Shown: positions 59,091-64,000 of the stretch, piece after piece
How positions within the stretch are numbered: position 1 is the stretch's first letter
How the letters are laid out: each line of letters begins with the position of its first letter
Assembly (NCBI GenBank): GCA_963788235.1
Contig: CAWBFV010000008.1
Span: 512,062-576,061 of the forward strand
Origin: an uncultured Chloroflexia bacterium
GTDB taxonomy: Bacteria; Chloroflexota; Limnocylindria; Limnocylindrales; CSP1-4
DNA: 64,000 nucleotides
Direction of reading: 5' to 3'
Position numbers and translations under genes: made by a program
The notes under the pieces: model-generated
The model's input: the letters and a program-made list of their open reading frames with translations, nothing else
What the model was told of the DNA's origin: nothing
Databases searched by the model: none

Positions 59091-60534
59091 TCACGCCGGG
59101 CGGCGGGCAGCGACCAGGTCGTCGAGCAGCGAGCCGAACTCGCGCTCGACGTCGACGTAGCGATCGGCACGGAAGACCAGGCCGAGCTGACCATCCGGAG
59201 TGCGCCTGGCCCAGATCCGGCGTCGCGGTCGGTAGAACGTGATCGTGATGCCGGCGATGAGACACAGGAACGCGGCCCACACGATCCCCTGACCGGGATC
59301 GCGCTTGGCGATCAGCAGCGTGTACTCGCCGAAGTCGGGCAGGCCGATCGAGATCCCGAGCTGATCGGAGACCTTTTCGTCGCCGCGTTGCAGACGGACT
59401 GGATCGTAGTTCTCGACCTGGTCGGTGCCGTCGGCGTTCGTGCCGACGATCCGGTACGGCAACACGACGAGCACGCCCTCGCCGACGTCGTTGCGACCGA
59501 GCAGCAGTTGCAAGCCCGAGGTCGCGGCCGGGCACGGCCATCGTCTCGTACGGCGCGCCGCCGGCCGCCCCGGTCAGCGGCACCTTGGCGTCCCACAGCG
59601 GGGCCCCCGCCGTGTCGCGGATGACGAGGTGCGGCGCGGGACCGAACCCGTTCTGGTGGAACGTGTAGCCACCGACCGAGAGCGGGTCGTTGACCCGGAT
59701 CGTCTTTCGTGCGACCTCGTCACCGTTCTGGTAGACGGCGAGGTCGGTCGTGAAGTCGGTCGGTCGACCGGTCTCGAAGCCGGGTGCCTCGAAGTCGAGG
59801 TTCTTGACGAGCAGCAGGTCGCGGGTCCCGATGTTCTGGACCGTCAGCGACTCGCCCTCCGGCACCACCAGCCCCTGCTCGTCACCGAACCGCGAGGTGA
59901 CGGCCGCCGCGACGAGGAACAGCACGAGCCCGAGGTGGGTGAGCAGCGTCGCGAGCTTGGTGTACTGGTGCCGATCGCCGTACAGGTACGTCGTGCCGTC
60001 CGCGGTCGTGGTCTCGCGAAGATGGAACCCGCGTCGCCGTACGGCGGTGGCCACGTCCGCGGCGGCCACGTCGGTCATCGCGGCGCGATCGGGCAGCCGG
60101 GGATCGAAGAATGGCTCGGGCTGGGCGACCCGAACGGTCGACACGTCCCGCCACAGCTTCGGCGTGCGATCGAGCGTGCAGATCACGATGGAGGTGACCA
60201 GCACCACGAGGCCGATCCCGAAGATGCCCGACTTGAAGATGCCGAACGCCCCGAGCCGCTCGAGGACATTGACGATGCCCGGACCGAGCACCGGGTCGTA
60301 CCGGACGTGGATGGCGTCGATCGCGGTCGCGTAGTCGCCCGGCGAGCGGTAGGCGAAGTCGGGCAGTTGCTGGAGCGTCATCCCGACGGCCGCGAGGATC
60401 GCCAGGAAGATGATCTGCGCGACCGCGACATCGACCGAGGTCGCGAGCCCCCACAGGCCGCGACCGAGCTGGGCGAACGGGTTCGTCGGAGTGCCGCTGG
60501 CGGTCGCCGGACGGACGGCGGCCGGTGTCGCCAC
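59091..60534 (-). pseudogene. resB: Cytochrome c biogenesis protein ResB/Ccs1, reading frame broken near 59512
   Basis: N-terminus ([33 protein letters not shown]) in one frame up to ...AVPGRDLG. The C-terminus ([10 protein letters not shown]...KRDPGQGIVWAAFLCLIAGITITFYRPRRRIW) is in the next frame (track ORF 59091..59513). Confidence 0.8.
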
Positions 60535-60543
60535 GGGAACGGC

Positions 60544-61773
60544 CTAGACGCCGGCCGGCGCGCGACCCGCGACTCGCCGCGCGACGTCAAGCGCGGCGGA
60601 GAAGTCGTCCTGGAGGTCCTCGAGATCCTCGAGCCCGACCGAGACCCGCAGCAGGCCGGGCGTGATCCCCGCAGCGATGAGCTGCTCCTCGGAGAGCTGG
60701 CGCTGCGAGGTCGATGGCGGATGGACCACCATCGTGTGGACGCTGCCGAGCGAGGCGGTCAGCTCGGGGAGTGTCAACGAGTCGATCATCGCGCGACCGG
60801 CGTCCCGGCCACCCTCGACCTCGAACGACAGCATCCCGCCGGCGACGCCGTCGCGGAACTGGCGGACGGCGACGTCGTGCTGGGGGTGGCTCGGCAGGCC
60901 GGGGTACAGGACGCGGCGCACGCCGTCCTGACGCTCGAGCCACGCGGCGAGTGCCGCCGCGGTCCGCGCGTGGCGCTCCACCCGGATGGCCAGCGTCAGG
61001 ATGCCGCGCAGGACCAGGAACGCATCGAACGGACCGATCGTCGCCCCGGTGTCGTTCTGGACGCCCTCCACCTTCGCGACGAGATCCCGCCGGCCAGCCA
61101 CCACGCCGGCGATGACGTCGCTGTGCCCGCCCAGGAACTTGGTCGCCGACTCGACGACGAGGTCCGCGCCAAGCTCGAGCGGCCGGCAGACGTACGGCGA
61201 GGCGAACGTGTTGTCGACGATGTACGTCGCCCCGTGCTCGTGGGCGATGCGCGCCATCGTGGCGTGGTCGGTAACTACGGCGGTCGGGTTCGCGATGGTC
61301 TCGGCGTACACGACGCGGGTCGGTGCCTCGGCGATGGCCGCTGCGGCCGCAGCGTTGTCGGTCATGTCCACGAAATCGACGCGGACGCCGAACCGCGCGA
61401 ACGTGCCCGCCAGCAGGTTGCGCGACGACCCATAGGCGGCCTGCGGCGCGACGACTCGGTCGCCCGCGCTCAGCTGGGACGCGAGGGCCGCGTGGATCGC
61501 GCCCATGCCCGACGCCAGCGCCGTCCCGGCCTCGCCACCGGCGAGCTCGGCGTAGGCATCGCCGAGCGCGCGGCTGGTCGGGTTGGAGAGGCGCGAGTAG
61601 GCGTAGCCGGCGTGCCCGTCGGCAATGACATCGCCCAGCTCTTCGGCGTCGGCCGAGGTGAACGTCGCCGTCTGGTAGATCGGGATGCTCGACGGCCGCT
61701 GGTCGACGCGCGGGCCGTGGGAGGCCGCTCGGATGGCCCGCGTCGAGAAGCCCTTCGGGGTCGGGTCGCTCAC
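60544..61773 (-). CDS. PLP-dependent trans-sulfuration family enzyme (cystathionine gamma-synthase / methionine gamma-lyase / O-acylhomoserine sulfhydrylase-like)
   Basis: [15 protein letters not shown], and [11 protein letters not shown] (PLP lysine). Confidence 0.85.
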   Translation of the reverse strand: MSDPTPKGFSTRAIRAASHGPRVDQRPSSIPIYQTATFTSADAEELGDVIADGHAGYAYSRLSNPTSRALGDAYAELAGGEAGTALASGMGAIHAALASQLSAGDRVVAPQAAYGSSRNLLAGTFARFGVRVDFVDMTDNAAAAAAIAEAPTRVVYAETIANPTAVVTDHATMARIAHEHGATYIVDNTFASPYVCRPLELGADLVVESATKFLGGHSDVIAGVVAGRRDLVAKVEGVQNDTGATIGPFDAFLVLRGILTLAIRVERHARTAAALAAWLERQDGVRRVLYPGLPSHPQHDVAVRQFRDGVAGGMLSFEVEGGRDAGRAMIDSLTLPELTASLGSVHTMVVHPPSTSQRQLSEEQLIAAGITPGLLRVSVGLEDLEDLQDDFSAALDVARRVAGRAPAGV

Positions 61774-61818
61774 GGCCGGATGCTACACCGACACGACCCG
61801 GGCGCCGTGCACCAGACG

Positions 61819-61837
61819 TTTGTGGCTCTCCTACAAA
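61819..61837. promoter_or_regulatory. Inverted repeat TTTGT-N9-ACAAA upstream of xylA
   Basis: Located about 57 nt upstream of the xylA GTG, in the 120-bp divergent intergenic region. Confidence 0.25.
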
Positions 61838-61893
61838 TGGGGAGTGCTAGGCTCCATCGGCAGGACCGGACGGACCGTGGAGGAGGAAGCCGC

Positions 61894-63231
61894 GTGGGCG
61901 AAGCATTCTTCAGCGACGTCGAGGGCCGGGTCCCATTCGGCGGTCTCGATGCCTCGGATCCGCTGTCGTTCAGGATCTACGAGCCCGACCGGCTGGTCCT
62001 CGGCACGCGCATGGAAGACCACCTGCGCCCCGGCGTCTGCTTCTGGCACTCCTTCGCCTGGCCGGGCACGGACATGTTCGGTGCGGGCACGCTGGATCGC
62101 CCCTGGCTGAGCGGCGCAGGAGACGAGATGGCGGCGGCCCGCGAGAAGATGGCCGTCGCCTTCGAGTTCTTCACGAAGCTCGGCACGCCGTACTACTGCT
62201 TCCACGATCGCGACGTCGCGCCGGAGGGGACGAGCTTCCGCGAGTTCCGCTCGAACCTCGACGCGCTCGCCGACGACGCCGCGGGCTACCAGGAGCGGAC
62301 CGGCGTGCGCCTGCTGTGGGGGACGGCGAACCTGTTCACCCACCCGCGCTACCAGGCCGGCGCCGCCACCAACCCCGACCCCGAGGTCTTCGCCTACGCG
62401 GCCGCCCAGGTCAAGCACATGCTCGAGGTCACGAAGCGCCTCGGTGGCGGCAACTACGTCCTGTGGGGCGGGCGCGAGGGCTACGACACGCTGCTCAACA
62501 CCGACCTCCGACGCGAGGGCGCCCAGCTGGCCCGCTTCCTGCACCTCGTCGCCGAGCACAAGCACAAGATCGGGTTCGACGGTCAGCTGCTGCTCGAGCC
62601 CAAGCCGATGGAGCCGACCAAGCACCAGTACGACTACGACGTCGCGACGGTGCACGGCTTCCTGGTCCGCAACGGGCTGGAGGGCGAGTACGGGGTCAAC
62701 ATCGAGGCGAACCACGCGACGCTGGCCGGCCACAGCTTCCACCACGAGGTCGCGTTCGCGATCGCGAACGGTGTCCTCGGCAGCATCGACGCGAACCGTG
62801 GCGACCCGCAGAACGGCTGGGACACCGACCAGTTCCCGAACTCGGTCGAGGACCTGACGATGCCGCTCTACGAGATCCTGCAGGCCGGCGGGCTGGCGCC
62901 CGGCGGCTTCAACTTCGATGCCAAGCTGCGCCGCCAGTCGACCGACCGGAACGACCTGTTCCACGCCCACATCGGCGGGCTCGACACGCTGGCTCGTGCC
63001 CTGCTGGCCGCCGCGGCCCTCATCGAGGACGGCGAGCTGGCCGAGCGCAAGGACGCGCGCTACGCCGGTTGGGACGGCGAGCTCGGCACGGCGATCCTCG
63101 AGGGGTCGCTCGGTCTCGAGGACCTCGAGGGACGGGTCGCCGACGGCAGCATCGATCCGCGGCGAGCCTCCGGCCACCAGGAGCTGCTCGAGAATCTCGT
63201 CAACCGCGGGATCTGGACCGCCGACCGCTAG
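61894..63231 (+). CDS. xylA: Xylose isomerase
   Basis: FCFHDRD-type motif ([11 protein letters not shown]), [42 protein letters not shown] 61894 follows GGAGGAGGA. Confidence 0.9.
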   Translation: MGEAFFSDVEGRVPFGGLDASDPLSFRIYEPDRLVLGTRMEDHLRPGVCFWHSFAWPGTDMFGAGTLDRPWLSGAGDEMAAAREKMAVAFEFFTKLGTPYYCFHDRDVAPEGTSFREFRSNLDALADDAAGYQERTGVRLLWGTANLFTHPRYQAGAATNPDPEVFAYAAAQVKHMLEVTKRLGGGNYVLWGGREGYDTLLNTDLRREGAQLARFLHLVAEHKHKIGFDGQLLLEPKPMEPTKHQYDYDVATVHGFLVRNGLEGEYGVNIEANHATLAGHSFHHEVAFAIANGVLGSIDANRGDPQNGWDTDQFPNSVEDLTMPLYEILQAGGLAPGGFNFDAKLRRQSTDRNDLFHAHIGGLDTLARALLAAAALIEDGELAERKDARYAGWDGELGTAILEGSLGLEDLEGRVADGSIDPRRASGHQELLENLVNRGIWTADR

Positions 63232-63242
63232 CCGCGATCCCC

Positions 63243-64000
63243 ATGCCCTACGTCATCGGCATCGACGCGTCCACGACCGCGACCAAGGCCGTCCTGGTCG
63301 ACGAGACCGGCACGGTCGTCGCGAGCGGGGCCATGGAGTACGGCTTCGAGGTGCCGCAACCCGGCTGGACCGAGCAGGACCCGGTGCTGTGGTGGGACGG
63401 CGCGGTCGGTGCGATCCGGGCGGCGCTCGGGGCGAGCGGCATCGCGGGATCCGACGTCGCGGCGGTCGGCCTGACCGGCCAGATGCACGGACTCGTGCTG
63501 CTGGACGCGGACCGCCAGATCCTCCGACCGGCGATCCTCTGGAACGACCAGCGCACCGCGCATGCCTGCGACGAGATCCGCGAGGCGGTCGGCCCGCAAC
63601 GGCTCATCGAGATCACCGGCAACGATGCGCTGACCGGGTTCACCGCGCCGAAGCTCGTCTGGGTCCGCGACCACGAGCCCGATGTGTGGGCACGTGTCGC
63701 CCACGTGCTGCTGCCGAAGGACTACGTCCGGTTGCGGCTCACCGGGGAGCAGGCACTCGACAAGGCCGACGGCGCCGGGACGCTGCTCTTCGACCTCGCG
63801 GCGCGGGACTGGTCGTCGGAGGTCCTGGCAGCGCTCGGGATCGACCGGGCGTGGATGCCGCCCACCTTCGAGGGACCGGAGGTCACGGGCGTCGTCTCGG
63901 CGGAGGCCGCCACCGCCACCGGGCTCGCGGCAGGCACACCGGTCGTCGCCGGCGGCGGCGATCAGTCGGCCAATGCCGTCGGCGTGGGCGCCGTGGATCC
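63243..64000 (+). CDS. xylB: Xylulokinase (FGGY family), 3'-truncated by the window end
   Basis: My own translation from ATG 63243: MPYVIGIDASTTATKAVLVDE...GQMHGLVLLD...ILWNDQRT...GGGDQSANAVG. It is absent from the track because there is no stop inside the window. Confidence 0.85.
   Translation, partial: MPYVIGIDASTTATKAVLVDETGTVVASGAMEYGFEVPQPGWTEQDPVLWWDGAVGAIRAALGASGIAGSDVAAVGLTGQMHGLVLLDADRQILRPAILWNDQRTAHACDEIREAVGPQRLIEITGNDALTGFTAPKLVWVRDHEPDVWARVAHVLLPKDYVRLRLTGEQALDKADGAGTLLFDLAARDWSSEVLAALGIDRAWMPPTFEGPEVTGVVSAEAATATGLAAGTPVVAGGGDQSANAVGVGAVD

Noticed and set aside
61774-61893. SAM or other riboswitch in front of the trans-sulfuration enzyme gene
   Set aside because: Only 120 bp are shared with the divergent xylA promoter, and I could not recognise any conserved riboswitch core by eye. 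A covariance-model scan would be needed.

Overview
Very GC-rich chromosomal segment (roughly 70% G+C by eye) with actinobacterial hallmarks: an MtrA/MtrB/LpqB-like module, UPF0182, DUF2277, and F420-type LLM and PPOX enzymes. I can support about 55 protein-coding genes and two tRNAs (tRNA-Sec, tRNA-Pro). I saw no rRNA, CRISPR array, transposase, integrase or phage genes. The main result is a complete selenocysteine-decoding set: tRNA-Sec, selA, selB and mobA in one minus-strand operon, with selD divergent. It lies about 2 kb from an NAD-linked formate dehydrogenase whose catalytic subunit has an in-frame UGA followed by an E. coli fdhF-like SECIS hairpin. The FDH alpha subunit is split into two genes about 6 kb apart: a Sec/molybdopterin module at 13.5-15.4 kb and a NuoG-like Fe-S module at 21.3-22.4 kb. 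An acyltransferase, a BNR lipoprotein and a NuoE-NuoF fusion lie between them. An identical 11-nt motif overlapping a -10-like hexamer precedes both FDH transcription units. A 578-bp non-coding gap (33.3-33.9 kb) carries five copies of a 15-bp near-palindrome, the first three at a 62-bp period. At least 12 single-base frame disruptions hit otherwise well-conserved genes, and 11 of them behave as +1 insertions. This looks like consensus indel error but would matter biologically if real, for example in selA. The rest is ordinary housekeeping or accessory metabolism: two glutamine synthetases, xylAB, an oxidoreductase operon, MFS transporters, a GGDEF-EAL sensor and regulators. Because of the high GC content, most long antisense ORFs in the supplied track are shadow ORFs.
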